Notes: generated from the letters alone by a model not told the origin. DNA of 64,000 nucleotides from Anaeromyxobacteraceae bacterium (GCA_047602405.1 JASGHJ010000001.1:2176001-2240000), one strand, 5' to 3'; shown: positions 39,138 to 49,860, numbered from the stretch's first letter. Made by a program: numbers and translations.

Positions 39138-41999
39138 CTACTCCCCCAGGCCCTTCAGATACTCCTCGCGGAGGCGCTCGTCGGCGAGCACCTCGCGGGC
39201 GTCGGCCACCACCCGGAGGATCTCCTCGAGGCGGGCCGGGAGCCCCTCCTCCCGGACCCCGGCGAACCGGCCCGGCGCGAACTCGGCCGCGAGGCGGTCG
39301 GCGGCTTCCCGGACCTCGTGCGGGGTGCACAGGCGGCCCACGCCGAGGATCGTGAAGTAGTCGGCCCGCCGGGCCTGGTCGAGCTTGTCGCCGACCCGGG
39401 CGAGGTCGATGGCGGCCGCGCCGAGGCTGGCCGCCCGCCCGGCGCCGAGGATCCGGATCGAGAGGGAGCCCACGAGCACCAGGGCGGCGAGGACCTGGCG
39501 CGTGGAGAGGGGGTCGAGGGGGCTCGCGGTCTCGATCTCGTCGAGCGTGCGCAGGCCGTCGGCGAGCGCGACCGCCCTGCGCTCCTCCGGGGAGAGGGCG
39601 AGCTCGGCGGCGGTCGGCCCCGCGGCCGGAGTCAGGAGCGTGGCCGCCCCCCCGAGCACGGCGTCGACGCGGGCGGAGAGCCACCGGCGCCGCACGCCCT
39701 CGATGGAGAGCGCGAGGGTGGACCGGTCGAGGCCGACGCGCTCCTCGGGGGGCACGTCGGCGCCGACCCAGCGGAAGCGTGCGCTCTCGTCGGCGAAGAG
39801 GCCGAAGACGATCTCCTCGGCCCGCCGGCGCACGAGGCTCGTGAGCTCGTTCGCCTTCAGGTAGCCACGCTCGAGCAGGAGCAGCGCCGCCCGGCGGGCG
39901 GGCAGCGCGGCGGCCGAGGGGCCGATCTGCCGGTACTGGTCGCGGGTGACGAGGCCGATGCGGAGCGCGAGCTCCTCGAGCCGCTCGGACGGCTCGGCGC
40001 TCGTGGCGCCCACGATCCGGCCGTCCTCGAAGTGGAGCGAGCGCGCGGCGGCGCCCTGGAAGTCGAGCCGGCCCGTGAGGCGGGCCTTCCACGCGAGCGC
40101 GAGGAGGCGCGGCGCGGGGACGTCCACGAGCGCCCCGCTGCGCAGATCGGGTGGCGGGAGCGCCGGGGGCGGCGGCGCGGCCGCGGGATCGGCGGCGGGG
40201 CCCTCCGCGCGCGCGAGGGCCCGCAGGCGCGCCTCCTCCTCGAGGGGGTCGGGCGGCGGCGGCATCGGGATCGCGGGCTCGGGGAACGCGAACGCCGGGG
40301 CGGGTCCGGCGGGCGGCGCGGCGGCGCGCTTCGCGGCCTCTCCGGTGAGGCGCGCGAGCTCCGCCTCGACCTCGGCGCGGCGGCGCGCCTCCTCCTCGTT
40401 CCGGCGGCGGAGCGCGTCCATGTCGGCGCGGGCGCTCTCGATGGCGCGGCGGAGCTCCTCCTCCTGCTCCTCGCGGCGCCGCATCTCCTCGGCGGCGCGC
40501 GACTGGGCCTGCTCCTCCGCGAGGCGCGAGAGCTCCTCGGCGGCGTCGGTGGTCGCGGCGGCGCGCTGGCGCTCCTCGGCGACGCGGTCGTCCGCCGAGC
40601 GCCGCTCGAGCTCCATCTGCTGGCGCAGCCGCTCGAGCTCCTCCTCGAGCCGCTGGCGGGCGTCGGCCTCGGCCTGCGCACGCGCCTCGGCGTCCCGGGC
40701 GCGGCGGGCCTCCTCCTCGGCGGCGGCGCCCTTGTGGCGCGCCTCCTCGGCGGCGCGCAGGGCCTCCTGCCGGACGGCCTCCGTCTCCTCGGCGGCGCGC
40801 GCGGCGGCCTCCCGGGCGGCGCGTGCGGCGGCCTCGTGGGCGGCGCGTGCCTCGGCCTCGCGGCGCGCCTCCTCGGCGGCGGCCATCGCCACGGCCTCGA
40901 GCTGGGCGGCCTGCGCCGCCTGGGCCTCGAGCGCGGCCTGCGCCTCGGCGGCGAGCCGGGCCGCCTCGGCCTGGGCGGCGCGCGCCTCCTGGGCGGCCTG
41001 GGCCGCCGCGGCCTCCTGCGCGACGAGCCTCGCGGCGTGCTCCTGCGCGGCCCGCTCGGCCTGGGCGTCGAGCGCCTGGTGCGCCGCCGAGCGGCTGCGC
41101 GGCGTGAGCGAGGGCCCCTCCGGCATCGCCTGGTGGATCGCCTCGAGGTCGGTGCCGAGCTCGGCGGCGAAGTCGGAGATGGGCCGCTCCTCGGGGCGCT
41201 CGAGCAGGGCGTCGAGCTCGTCGTCGACGACCTCCTCCGGGATCGGGCTCGGCGCGCGCGGCGGCGGCGTCGCGCGCCGGAGCTCCTCCGCGCGGGCCCG
41301 CAGCGCCTGGGCGGCGGCCTTGCGGTCCGGCCCGCCGGGCCGCGGCGTGGCCTCGCGGGTCGGCGCCACCGGCTCGAGCGCGGCGGTCACCTCGACGGAG
41401 AGGACCGGACGCGGGTCGGCCGCGGGCGCGTCGTGGCGGGGCACCGGCGAGGCCCGGGGCGGCGCGGCGGGCGGCGGGTAGAGGTCGGTCTGTCGGCGCC
41501 GCAGGTTGCCTGGCGCGGCGGGAGCCGCGGGCGCGTCGGGCGGCGGCGGGATGATCGCCTTCGGCCGCGAGATGCGGCCGACGGGCTGCGCCTTCGCGGC
41601 GTTCGCCTTCTCCGGCGGAGGGGGCGGGGGCGGAGGCGAAGGCGGCTCGGCGGGCCGGGCCGAGGCGAGCGTGCGCGCGACCTCCTCGGCGAGCTGCGTC
41701 GGGTCGACGGGCCGCGGGAGGATCGGGGCGCCCGGGGGCGAGCCTGGCGCCTCGCCGAGCACGATGACCCGCAGCTCGGTGCCGGCGTCGCCGCTCGCGA
41801 GCTTGTTCGCGAGCGCGAGGGCCTCCCCGTTCTCGCAGGTCGAGCCGACGATGACGAGGTCGGGCGGGAGCTGGTTCACCGCGGCCATGGCGTCGGACGC
41901 GTTCGTCGCGAGGACAGGCTGGTGCCCCGAGCGCGCGAGCACGCGCTTGACCGCCGAGATCTCGGCGATGTCGTCGTCGACCAGGAGGATCCGAGGCAC
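39138..41999 (-). CDS. Atypical receiver + coiled coil + DUF4388-like + J-like domain protein
   Basis: ILLVDDD receiver lacking the acceptor Asp, Ala/Glu coiled coil, [19 protein letters not shown]. Confidence 0.75.
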   Translation of the reverse strand: MPRILLVDDDIAEISAVKRVLARSGHQPVLATNASDAMAAVNQLPPDLVIVGSTCENGEALALANKLASGDAGTELRVIVLGEAPGSPPGAPILPRPVDPTQLAEEVARTLASARPAEPPSPPPPPPPPEKANAAKAQPVGRISRPKAIIPPPPDAPAAPAAPGNLRRRQTDLYPPPAAPPRASPVPRHDAPAADPRPVLSVEVTAALEPVAPTREATPRPGGPDRKAAAQALRARAEELRRATPPPRAPSPIPEEVVDDELDALLERPEERPISDFAAELGTDLEAIHQAMPEGPSLTPRSRSAAHQALDAQAERAAQEHAARLVAQEAAAAQAAQEARAAQAEAARLAAEAQAALEAQAAQAAQLEAVAMAAAEEARREAEARAAHEAAARAAREAAARAAEETEAVRQEALRAAEEARHKGAAAEEEARRARDAEARAQAEADARQRLEEELERLRQQMELERRSADDRVAEERQRAAATTDAAEELSRLAEEQAQSRAAEEMRRREEQEEELRRAIESARADMDALRRRNEEEARRRAEVEAELARLTGEAAKRAAAPPAGPAPAFAFPEPAIPMPPPPDPLEEEARLRALARAEGPAADPAAAPPPPALPPPDLRSGALVDVPAPRLLALAWKARLTGRLDFQGAAARSLHFEDGRIVGATSAEPSERLEELALRIGLVTRDQYRQIGPSAAALPARRAALLLLERGYLKANELTSLVRRRAEEIVFGLFADESARFRWVGADVPPEERVGLDRSTLALSIEGVRRRWLSARVDAVLGGAATLLTPAAGPTAAELALSPEERRAVALADGLRTLDEIETASPLDPLSTRQVLAALVLVGSLSIRILGAGRAASLGAAAIDLARVGDKLDQARRADYFTILGVGRLCTPHEVREAADRLAAEFAPGRFAGVREEGLPARLEEILRVVADAREVLADERLREEYLKGLGE

Positions 42000-42110
42000 G
42001 CCGGCCGGATTATGGATCGCCCCCACCGGGGGACCAAGCGCGCGACCCGGGCATGGGGCGGCGGCCGATACGAGGGGCCCGCCGCGCGTCCTCGACCTCC
42101 GGCGGCGGCG

Positions 42111-42821
42111 CTATCGGCCGGAACCGGCGGCCCGGGCCCGGGCGGCCTCGACGAGCCCGAGGACGAGCGGGTGGGTCGGCGCGCCCAGGAGCGCCCCGAT
42201 CTGCGGCTGGAAGAGGGTGGCCTGGAAGAACGGGTGCCGGGGCAGCTCGAACCCCTCGACGCCGGCGTCCTCGGCGCGGGCGGTGATCACCACCCCGGCC
42301 GCCTCGAGGCGGGGCACGTGGCCCTCCGCAAGCCCGAAGCTGCAGAAGTGCGTCCCCGGGAACGGGGACGTGCCGACGAGCGCGGCGAACCGGGTGCCGG
42401 GGATCGGGTGGACGGTCCGGACCTGGGCGAAGAGCGAGCAGGCGAGCCGCTCGATCACGGGCGCCGGGGCGTCGGGCGAGACCTCGGCGTGGGCGGCGTC
42501 CGGGAGACCGGCCAGGTTCCGGGCGAGCTCGAGCGCGGCGTACTGGAGCCCACCGCAGGTCGCGAGGAGCGGCACGCCGTCCTCGCGCGCGCGCCGGAGG
42601 ACCTCCAGCACGGCGGCGTCGTCGCGGTACGGCGAGCCGGGAGCGATCCACACACCGTGAACACCGCCGAGGTCGCGCGAGGCGGGGTCGTCGCTCGCGC
42701 ACCAGCCCGCCTCGACGCCGGCCGGCAGGCGGGAGAGGGTGGCGTCGAGCTCGCGGTGGCTCTGGAAGGCGGGGTTCCGGTCGCCGACGACGCGGAGGCG
42801 GACGGGCGCAGGGGAGGGCAT
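42111..42821 (-). CDS. Stand-alone CTP-synthase C-terminal-like glutamine amidotransferase
   Basis: WIAPGSPY, TCGGLQ, HPFFQATLFQP. Confidence 0.85.
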   Translation of the reverse strand: MPSPAPVRLRVVGDRNPAFQSHRELDATLSRLPAGVEAGWCASDDPASRDLGGVHGVWIAPGSPYRDDAAVLEVLRRAREDGVPLLATCGGLQYAALELARNLAGLPDAAHAEVSPDAPAPVIERLACSLFAQVRTVHPIPGTRFAALVGTSPFPGTHFCSFGLAEGHVPRLEAAGVVITARAEDAGVEGFELPRHPFFQATLFQPQIGALLGAPTHPLVLGLVEAARARAAGSGR

Positions 42822-42829
42822 CGGCCGCG

Positions 42830-45046
42830 CTATAGCAGCGCGTGCGGGTCCATGTCGAACCGCACCGAGGCCCCACCCGGGGGGCGGTGCGCGACCTTCG
42901 CGAGCGCGCCGTGCACGCGGAAGAGCGCCGGGGCCGCGGTCGCGCGGAACAGCACCTGCCAGCGGGTCCGGCCGCGGATCCGCTCGATCGGCGCGGGCGC
43001 GGGGCCGAGCATGGAGAGCTCGCGCGAGAGGAGCGGACGGGCGGCGTGGGCGATCGCCTCGGCGGCGCGGCGCGCACTCTCCTCGGAGCCCTCGACGCGG
43101 ACCGCCATGAGCCGCGTGAACGGCGGGAAGCCGAACTTCCTGCGGTTCTCGAGCTCGTGCGCGGCGAAGGCGGCGAAGTCGTGCGCGGCCGCGCAGGAGA
43201 CCGCCGGCGTCGCCGGGTGGAAGGTCTGCACGAGGACGCGGCCCGCGTCGCCGCCGCGGCCGGCCCGGCCCGCGACCTGGGTGAGGAGCTGGAAGGTGCG
43301 CTCCGCGGCGCGGAAGTCCGGCAGCGCGAGCGCGGTGTCCGCGAGGATCACGCCGACGAGCGTGACGCCGGGGAAGTCGTGCCCCTTCGTGACCATCTGC
43401 GTGCCCACGAGCACGTCGAGCTCGCGGCGGGCGAAGCGGGCGAGGAGCGCGGCGGTGTCGTCGGCGGAGGTGACCGCGTCGCGGTCGAGGCGCGCGACGC
43501 GCGCGCGGGGGAGGAGCGCGCGCACGGCCTCCTCGACCTGCTCGGTGCCGACGCCCACGCCGCGGCGGACGCCGCCGCAGGCCGGGCAGGCGACGCTCAT
43601 CCGCTCGGTGTGGCCGCAGGTGTGGCAGACGAGGACGCCGCGGCGGGCGTGGTGGGTGAGGGAGACCGAGCACTCGGTGCAGCGGGCCTCCTCGCCGCAC
43701 AGCTCGCAGACGACGAGCGTCTCGTAGCCGCGCCGGTTGAGGAAGACGATCGACTGCTGGCCGGCCTCGAGCGTGGCGGTGAGCGCGTCGGCGAGCTCCG
43801 GGGAGACGAGCCCGGGCCCGAGCGGCTGCCCCTTCGCGCGGCGAAGGCGGGTGAGATCGACGAGGCGGACCTCGGGGAGCGGGCGGTCGTCGACGCGGGC
43901 CGGCAGCTCGAGCTTCCGGTAGCGGCCGCGGGCGGCGTTCTCGAGGGACTCGAGGGAGGGCGTCGCCGAGCCGAGGAGGACCACCGCGTCCTCGACGCGC
44001 CCGCGGACCACCGCGAGGTCGCGGGCGTGGTAGGCGGGGCCGTCGTCCTGCTTGAAGGAGCCGTCGTGCTCCTCGTCGACCACGATGACCGCGAGGTCGC
44101 GCACCGGCGCGAAGATGGCGCTGCGCACGCCGACGCAGATGCGGGCGTCGCCGCGGCGCAGGCGGGTCCACTCCGCGTGACGCTCGGCCTGGGAGAGCCC
44201 GGAGTGCACGAGGGCGACGTCGTCGCCGAAGCGCGCGCGAAAGCGGCCGGAGAGCTGCGGGGTGAGGGCGATCTCCGGCACGAGCACCAGCGCGCCCTTG
44301 CCGAGCGCGCGCGCCGCCGCGATGAGGCGCAGGTAGACCTCGGTCTTGCCCGAGCCGGTGACGCCGTGGAGGAGGAACGTCGCGAAGCGGCCGAGCGCGG
44401 GCTCGAGCTCCTTTAGGACCGCCGCCTGGTGCGGCGTGAGGGCGGGGGCCCTGGCGGCGCCGCCGTCGGCGAGGACGCCGGCGCGCGCGACCGGGACCTC
44501 GCGGTCGAGGACGACGAGCCCCTTCTTCGCGAGGCCGGAGAGGGTGGCGCGGCCCTTCGGGAAGGCGGTGCGGAGCTCCTCGACGGGGATGCGGCCGCGG
44601 GCGAGGAGGTACTCGAGGACCGCGCGGCGGGCGGGGGCGCGGGCGAGCTGCTTCACGGCCTCCGCCGCCCCCTCGGCCGGCGCCGCGTACTCGACCCCCC
44701 GCCGCTCCGGCCCCGTCTCGCCGCCCCGGGCGTTGAGCCCCGGCGGCAGCGCGGCGCGAAGGAGCTCTCCCGGCGGCACGAGGTAGTACTCCTCGGCCCA
44801 GCGGATGAGCTCGACGAGCTTCGGGGTGAACGGGGGCTCCTTGTCCAGGACCTCCGCGACGTCGCGGAGCTCGAACCCCTGGGGCGCCTGGGTCGGGAAC
44901 CCCACCACGTACCCCGTCGCCCGCCGGCTCCGGCCGAACGGCACCGCCACGCGCTGCCCCAGGGTGACCTCGCCGGCGAGGTCGGACGGGACGCGGTAGG
45001 TGAAGGTGCCGCGGACCGCGGCGGCGACGGCGACCTCGACGAGCAC
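42830..45046 (-). CDS. priA: Primosomal protein N'
   Basis: GVTGSGKTEVY, DEEH, SATPSLES, NRRGY, Cys-rich region, GTQMVTKGHDFP, QVAGRAGR. Confidence 0.97.
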   Translation of the reverse strand: MLVEVAVAAAVRGTFTYRVPSDLAGEVTLGQRVAVPFGRSRRATGYVVGFPTQAPQGFELRDVAEVLDKEPPFTPKLVELIRWAEEYYLVPPGELLRAALPPGLNARGGETGPERRGVEYAAPAEGAAEAVKQLARAPARRAVLEYLLARGRIPVEELRTAFPKGRATLSGLAKKGLVVLDREVPVARAGVLADGGAARAPALTPHQAAVLKELEPALGRFATFLLHGVTGSGKTEVYLRLIAAARALGKGALVLVPEIALTPQLSGRFRARFGDDVALVHSGLSQAERHAEWTRLRRGDARICVGVRSAIFAPVRDLAVIVVDEEHDGSFKQDDGPAYHARDLAVVRGRVEDAVVLLGSATPSLESLENAARGRYRKLELPARVDDRPLPEVRLVDLTRLRRAKGQPLGPGLVSPELADALTATLEAGQQSIVFLNRRGYETLVVCELCGEEARCTECSVSLTHHARRGVLVCHTCGHTERMSVACPACGGVRRGVGVGTEQVEEAVRALLPRARVARLDRDAVTSADDTAALLARFARRELDVLVGTQMVTKGHDFPGVTLVGVILADTALALPDFRAAERTFQLLTQVAGRAGRGGDAGRVLVQTFHPATPAVSCAAAHDFAAFAAHELENRRKFGFPPFTRLMAVRVEGSEESARRAAEAIAHAARPLLSRELSMLGPAPAPIERIRGRTRWQVLFRATAAPALFRVHGALAKVAHRPPGGASVRFDMDPHALL

Positions 45047-45121
45047 GCCGGCACCATAGCGCGGGCCCCTCACGCGCGGCGGGGTTCGAGCCGGCTCCCC
45101 CTCACCGCGGCCTCTCCCCCA

Positions 45122-46359
45122 TCCCCCCCCCAGTCCCAGAGGCTCCCCCGTTCCCAGGGTTCGGGCGGGGCCGGCAGGGCCCCCGGAGCGGCTTCAGCGT
45201 CGGCTTCGGCCGTTGTGCTCGCGCAGTTTCGACGAGCCGGCTTGCGCCGCCGCTTTCGACACTGCTTCGCGGTGAAACGAAGGCAGACCGCTCCGGCGCC
45301 GCCGGAGCAGTCGGTGAGTTTCGGAGGTCGGGACGGCCCGCGCTAGACGGGCGGGGCGCAGGCGGCGCCGAGCACGGCGCCCATGGCCCAGGTGCCGGGC
45401 GGGAACACGACGTTCCACATGCCCTTGCGGAACAGCTCGAAGGCCTTGCGGTACGCGTCCTGGAACGCCTTCAGCTGCTGCTGCGCCTCGATCCGCTTCC
45501 ACCGGTCGGACGCCGCGATCTTCGGGTTGAGCTTGCTCGGCGGTTCCTTCCCGGCCGGATGCTGCCACCACTGCTGCCGGAGCACCCGCCGCAGCCCCGC
45601 GAACTTGCGCCGCTCGCCGTCCTCGGTGCGCGCCGCCTGCTTCTCGAGCGCCGCGAGCGCGCCCTTCACCGACTCGCGGTACCGCTCCGCCGAGAAGCCC
45701 TTCGGCGGCACGAGCGCGAGCACGGCGCGGTCGGGCATGTTCCCGTCCTTCGAGAAGAACATCTCCGGCCGCTCGTACTCGCGGCCCGTGCCGAGCTCCT
45801 CGAGCGAGGACCAGAGCCCGGGCCAGTGGCTGCCGTGCTCGACGAGGCCGGCCGCGACCGGGTTCGCGAGCGTGTAGGCCGCCTTCGCGATGACGGAGCC
45901 CTCGTCCTCGAGCGAGACCGCGCTGTAGCTCCCGGGGGCCCAGGCCGACTCGAAGCGTTCGTGGAGGGTGTTGAGGAAGAGCGCGAGGTTCATGTTCAGC
46001 TCCTGGGCGAAGCGCGGGAGCTGAGCGAAGGGGTCGGAGAGGATCAGGTGGTAGTGGTTGGAGACGACGCACCAGGCGTGAAGCTCGATCTTGTGGCGCC
46101 GGGCGGCGACGGCGAGGAGGTAGCCGAAGGCGTTGTTGAGCCGCACGGACGGCACCATGAGGAAGAGCCGGTGCAGGCAGCGGCGGGTGAACAGGTAGGT
46201 CTTGCCCGGGAGGATCTGGCGGGGAGCGGTCATGGCCTCCCCCGCATTCCACGCACCGTGCCGCTCCCAACTCCCTGGATTCCCAGACCCCCGCCACCCG
46301 CACGCCGGCCGTTCCGCGGACCACCGTCCAATCGGCGGACCTCTGGGGAAGGGGGGGAG
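45122..46359 (-). mobile_element. RAYT-like element bounded by imperfect inverted motifs
   Basis: Left TCCCCCCCCCAGTCCCAGAGG and CTCCCCCGTTCCCAGGG; right end reverse complement CTCCCCCCCTTCCCCAGAGG; hairpins 3' of the gene. Confidence 0.5.
45343..46233 (-). CDS. Y1 HUH transposase, REP-associated tyrosine transposase (RAYT)-like
   Basis: TYLFTRRC, WCVVSNHYHL (HUH), YTLANPVAAGLV..W.GLWSS. Confidence 0.85.
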   Translation of the reverse strand: MTAPRQILPGKTYLFTRRCLHRLFLMVPSVRLNNAFGYLLAVAARRHKIELHAWCVVSNHYHLILSDPFAQLPRFAQELNMNLALFLNTLHERFESAWAPGSYSAVSLEDEGSVIAKAAYTLANPVAAGLVEHGSHWPGLWSSLEELGTGREYERPEMFFSKDGNMPDRAVLALVPPKGFSAERYRESVKGALAALEKQAARTEDGERRKFAGLRRVLRQQWWQHPAGKEPPSKLNPKIAASDRWKRIEAQQQLKAFQDAYRKAFELFRKGMWNVVFPPGTWAMGAVLGAACAPPV

Positions 46360-46372
46360 CTAGAGTGACGGC

Positions 46373-48112
46373 GTGCGGATTCCTTCCCCCCTCCTCGTCG
46401 CGGCGGCGGCGGTCGCGGTGTCGGCGAACGGGCTGCTCGGCGCCCCGGTCCTCGACGACGGCTGGGTGATCTTCCGCAACCCGCTCGTCACCCGCCTCGA
46501 CGTCGCGCGCATCTTCACCGAGCCCTACAACGCGGGCGGGCCGGTGACCACGGGCGGGCTCTTCCGGCCGCTCACGACCCTCACCTACGCGCTCACCTAC
46601 GCGGCGGCGGGCGGGACGACCTGGCCCTACCACCTCCTCAACGTGCTGCTGCACGCGGGGGTGTCGGTCCTGGTCTGGGCGGTCGCGAGGAGGGTCGTGG
46701 AGGGGCTGAAGTACGCGAACGAGGCCGCCCTCCTCGCGGGCCTCCTCTTCGCGGTCCACCCGGTCCACGTCGAGGCCGTCGCGGGCCTCGTCGGCCGCGC
46801 CGAGCTCCTCGCCGCGGCGGGCGTCCTCGGCGCGCTCCTCCTCGCCCTCGACCGCCGCGCCCCCGCCGTCCGCCTCCCCGCCGCGCTCCTCGCGGGCGCC
46901 GCGGGCGTCCTCTCCAAGGAGAACGCCGCGGTCCTCCCCGCCCTCCACCTCCTCGTCGCCGTCGCGACGCCCGCCGCGGCCTCGCTCCCGGCGCGCCCCG
47001 GCCTCGCGCCCGGCGCGCCCCGCCGCGCGCTCCTCCTCGCGTCCGGCACCGCCGCCCTGCTCGCGCTCCCGACGCTCGCGTTCCTGGCGCTCCGCCCCGG
47101 CGCCGGGCTCGCCGCCGGCGTCCCCGAGGCCTCCGCATGGTTCGCCGGTCAGCCCCGCTCCGTCGTCGCGGGCACCATGGCCCGCGCGCTCGTCGAGTAC
47201 CTCAGCCTCCTCGTCTGGCCGCACCCGCTCGGCCTCGACTTCACCTACGCGGCCCGCCTCCCCGGCACGCCCCTGACCGGGGCCCTCGGCGCCGTCGCCC
47301 TCGGCCTCGCCGCGCTCGCGCTCGGCCTCGCGAGCCTCCGCGCGCGCCCGGTCCTCGCCGTCGCTCTCCTCTGGATCCTCGTCGCGCTCGCGCCGGTCTC
47401 GAACGTCCTCCTCCCGACGGGCGTCCTCATGGCCGAGCGGCTCCTCTACCTCCCGTCCGTCGGCGCCTGCCTCGGGCTCGGCGCCGCCGCGGGCTGGGCC
47501 GCGGCGCGCATGTCCGCCACCCCGGCGCGCCAGGCCGTCTGGCTCCTCGCCGGCGTCGCCGTCCTCACCTGGTCCGCCTGGACCGTCGACCGCAACGCCG
47601 ACTGGCGCACGCCGCGCGCGCTCTGGGAGGCCGAGCTCCGGAGCGCGCCCCGCGATCCGGTCGTCAACAACAACCTCGCGGTCGAGCTCAACGGCGCCGG
47701 CGAGCACGCGCGCGCGGCGCGCCTCCTCGGGACCGCGCTCGAGGTCGCGCCCGGCTACTGGCGCGCCCACGTGAACCTCGCCATCGCGCGCCAGCGGAGC
47801 GGCGACCTCGCCGGCGCCGCGCGTGCGTTCGAGGACGCCATCCGGATCGCGCCGACCGAGCCCGAGCCCCGGCTCTTCCTCGGCTACCTGCGCCTCGAGC
47901 GCGGCGAGCTCGACGCGGCCGTCGCCGCCTTCGGCGCCGCGGTCGCCCTCGGCCCGCGGGATCCCCGCATGCGGGTCGGGCTCGGCGACGCGCTCGCCCG
48001 CCAGGGCCGCGCCGCGGAGGCGCGCGCCGCCTACGAGGCGGCCCTCGCGCTCGACGCGCGCAACGGCCCCGCCGCCGCCGGGCTGGCCCGGCTGGGCCAG
48101 CCGCCGGGCTAA
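46373..48112 (+). CDS. TMTC-like (DUF1736) membrane glycosyltransferase with TPRs
   Basis: LDD, FRPLT, LFAVHPVHVEAV..GRAELL, SKE, AERLLYLPS, TPRs. Confidence 0.85.
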   Translation: MRIPSPLLVAAAAVAVSANGLLGAPVLDDGWVIFRNPLVTRLDVARIFTEPYNAGGPVTTGGLFRPLTTLTYALTYAAAGGTTWPYHLLNVLLHAGVSVLVWAVARRVVEGLKYANEAALLAGLLFAVHPVHVEAVAGLVGRAELLAAAGVLGALLLALDRRAPAVRLPAALLAGAAGVLSKENAAVLPALHLLVAVATPAAASLPARPGLAPGAPRRALLLASGTAALLALPTLAFLALRPGAGLAAGVPEASAWFAGQPRSVVAGTMARALVEYLSLLVWPHPLGLDFTYAARLPGTPLTGALGAVALGLAALALGLASLRARPVLAVALLWILVALAPVSNVLLPTGVLMAERLLYLPSVGACLGLGAAAGWAAARMSATPARQAVWLLAGVAVLTWSAWTVDRNADWRTPRALWEAELRSAPRDPVVNNNLAVELNGAGEHARAARLLGTALEVAPGYWRAHVNLAIARQRSGDLAGAARAFEDAIRIAPTEPEPRLFLGYLRLERGELDAAVAAFGAAVALGPRDPRMRVGLGDALARQGRAAEARAAYEAALALDARNGPAAAGLARLGQPPG

Positions 48113-48120
48113 GGCAGGGC

Positions 48121-48891
48121 CTACGCCAGCGCCTGCACGAGCACGCAGGTGATGTTGTCGACCCCGCCGCCCTCGTTGGCGGCCTCGATGAGGTTCCGCG
48201 CCGCGAGGCGGAGGTCGCCGTGCGCGCCCTGGATGACCTCGCCCATGCGCGCGTCGGGCACCATGCCGGAGAGCCCGTCGCTGCACAGGAGCACGACGTC
48301 CCCGGGCTGCAGGGTCTCCTTCAGGAGGTCCACCTCGACCGCCGGCTTCATGCCGAGCGCGCGCACGATCACGTTCTTGTGCGGGAACGCCTCGACCTCC
48401 TCCGGCGTGAGCTTCTTCGTGCGGAGGTAGTCGTTGAGGAGCGAGTGGTCCTCGGTCACCTGGCGGATTTGGCCGGCGCGCCACAGGTACATCCGGCTGT
48501 CGCCGACGTGGCCCACGACGAGCGTGCGCCCGTCCTTCTGGAGCGAGCAGGCGACGATGGTCGTGCCCATGCCGCGGAGCTTCGCGTCGGACTGGGCGCG
48601 CTCGTGGATGCGGAGGTTCGCGAGCTTCACGCCGGTGACGAGGCGGTTCTCCTCGTAGCCGAGCTTCGCGTCGAGCTTGAACGGCCAGGTCGCCTCCTCG
48701 TCCCGGCCGGTCAGCTGGAAGAACTCCGCCAGCTCCTCCACGGCGAGCCGCGCGGCGACCTCGCCGGAGGCGTGGCCTCCCATGCCGTCCGCGACGCACC
48801 AGAGGTTCTCCTCCGGCAGGAGCAGGTACGCGTCCTCGTTGTGCGTGCGCTTGCGGCCGACGTCGGTCAGGCCAGCGTGGGTGAGACGCAT
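48121..48891 (-). CDS. PP2C-family Ser/Thr phosphatase
   Basis: DVGRKR..NED, VADGMGG, MGTT, HVGDSR, CSDGL, GGVDNIT. Confidence 0.95.
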   Translation of the reverse strand: MRLTHAGLTDVGRKRTHNEDAYLLLPEENLWCVADGMGGHASGEVAARLAVEELAEFFQLTGRDEEATWPFKLDAKLGYEENRLVTGVKLANLRIHERAQSDAKLRGMGTTIVACSLQKDGRTLVVGHVGDSRMYLWRAGQIRQVTEDHSLLNDYLRTKKLTPEEVEAFPHKNVIVRALGMKPAVEVDLLKETLQPGDVVLLCSDGLSGMVPDARMGEVIQGAHGDLRLAARNLIEAANEGGGVDNITCVLVQALA

Positions 48892-48918
48892 GGTGGGGGT
48901 CGAGCCTACCACGGGCGC

Positions 48919-49860
48919 TCAGGGGAGCACGATCCGGACCGCGGGCCCCGTCCGGACCCGTACGCTCCGGCGCGCCGCGTAGAGGTCGCCGTCGACGGTG
49001 AAGCGGATGGGCTCCCCCTCGATGAGGACGTCCCGGGCCACCTCGTCGACCGCCAGCCTGCGCCGCCAGGGGCGCCCCCGCCGGAGCCCGGGGAGGGCCA
49101 GGGTCAGCCTCCGGAGCCCCCCGAAGATCCCCACCGCGTGGAAGAACCCCGGCTGCTCGTCGCAGCGGGCGAAGGCCCGCACGCCGAAGCCGATCTCGGG
49201 GGTCGAGCCGCACAGGAAGGTGAAGTAGCTCTCGTCGGGCCAGACCTCGCCGTCGGACGTCACGACGAGCTGCTGCTTCGCCCCGAGCGCCCGCGCGAAC
49301 CGGCCGCCCGTGAAGGCGGACCCCACGGCCCGGGCGACGAGCCAGGCGCCGCGCGAGGGCGACGGGTGCCCCGAGGCCTCGTACGCCTCGAGGAACGTCA
49401 CCACGCCGCCGGTCCCGAAGATGAAGCCGTAGGTGGGGGCGTCGCCGTCCGGCGCGATCTCGAGGAGATCCCGGTCCACCGTGCGGAGCGGGAGCCCCGC
49501 GGCGCGCCGGGCGAGGACCCGCTCGAGCAGCCGCTCGGGGGTCCCGGTCACGCGGTGGCCGCGCGCGACCGTGTTCATGGCTCCGCAGCGGAGCGGCAGC
49601 AGCGCGGGGAGGGGCGCCGCGCCGTACGCGCGGGTGAACGCGGTGAGGACGACGTGGGTGGTGCCGTCGCCCCCGGCGACCCCGAGGACGTCGATCCCGG
49701 CGGCGCGGAAGCGCTCGACCGCGTCGGCGAGCTCGTCCGGCGTCCCGGCCTCGCGCAGCTCCCCCGCGTCACCGAGCACGGCCCTCAGGCGCCGCCCGGT
49801 CTCGGGCGCGCGGCGGTTGCGCAACGAGCGCGGGTTCATCACGATGCCGATCCCGCCCAT
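48919..49860 (-). CDS. Diacylglycerol kinase family protein
   Basis: NPRS, GGDGT, GAMN, VDGD motifs. Confidence 0.85.
   Translation of the reverse strand: MGGIGIVMNPRSLRNRRAPETGRRLRAVLGDAGELREAGTPDELADAVERFRAAGIDVLGVAGGDGTTHVVLTAFTRAYGAAPLPALLPLRCGAMNTVARGHRVTGTPERLLERVLARRAAGLPLRTVDRDLLEIAPDGDAPTYGFIFGTGGVVTFLEAYEASGHPSPSRGAWLVARAVGSAFTGGRFARALGAKQQLVVTSDGEVWPDESYFTFLCGSTPEIGFGVRAFARCDEQPGFFHAVGIFGGLRRLTLALPGLRRGRPWRRRLAVDEVARDVLIEGEPIRFTVDGDLYAARRSVRVRTGPAVRIVLP

Noticed and set aside
46249..46263. sigma54 promoter upstream of the RAYT gene (CGGCACGGTGCGTGG)
   Set aside because: The -12 element GTGG departs too far from TTGC to call
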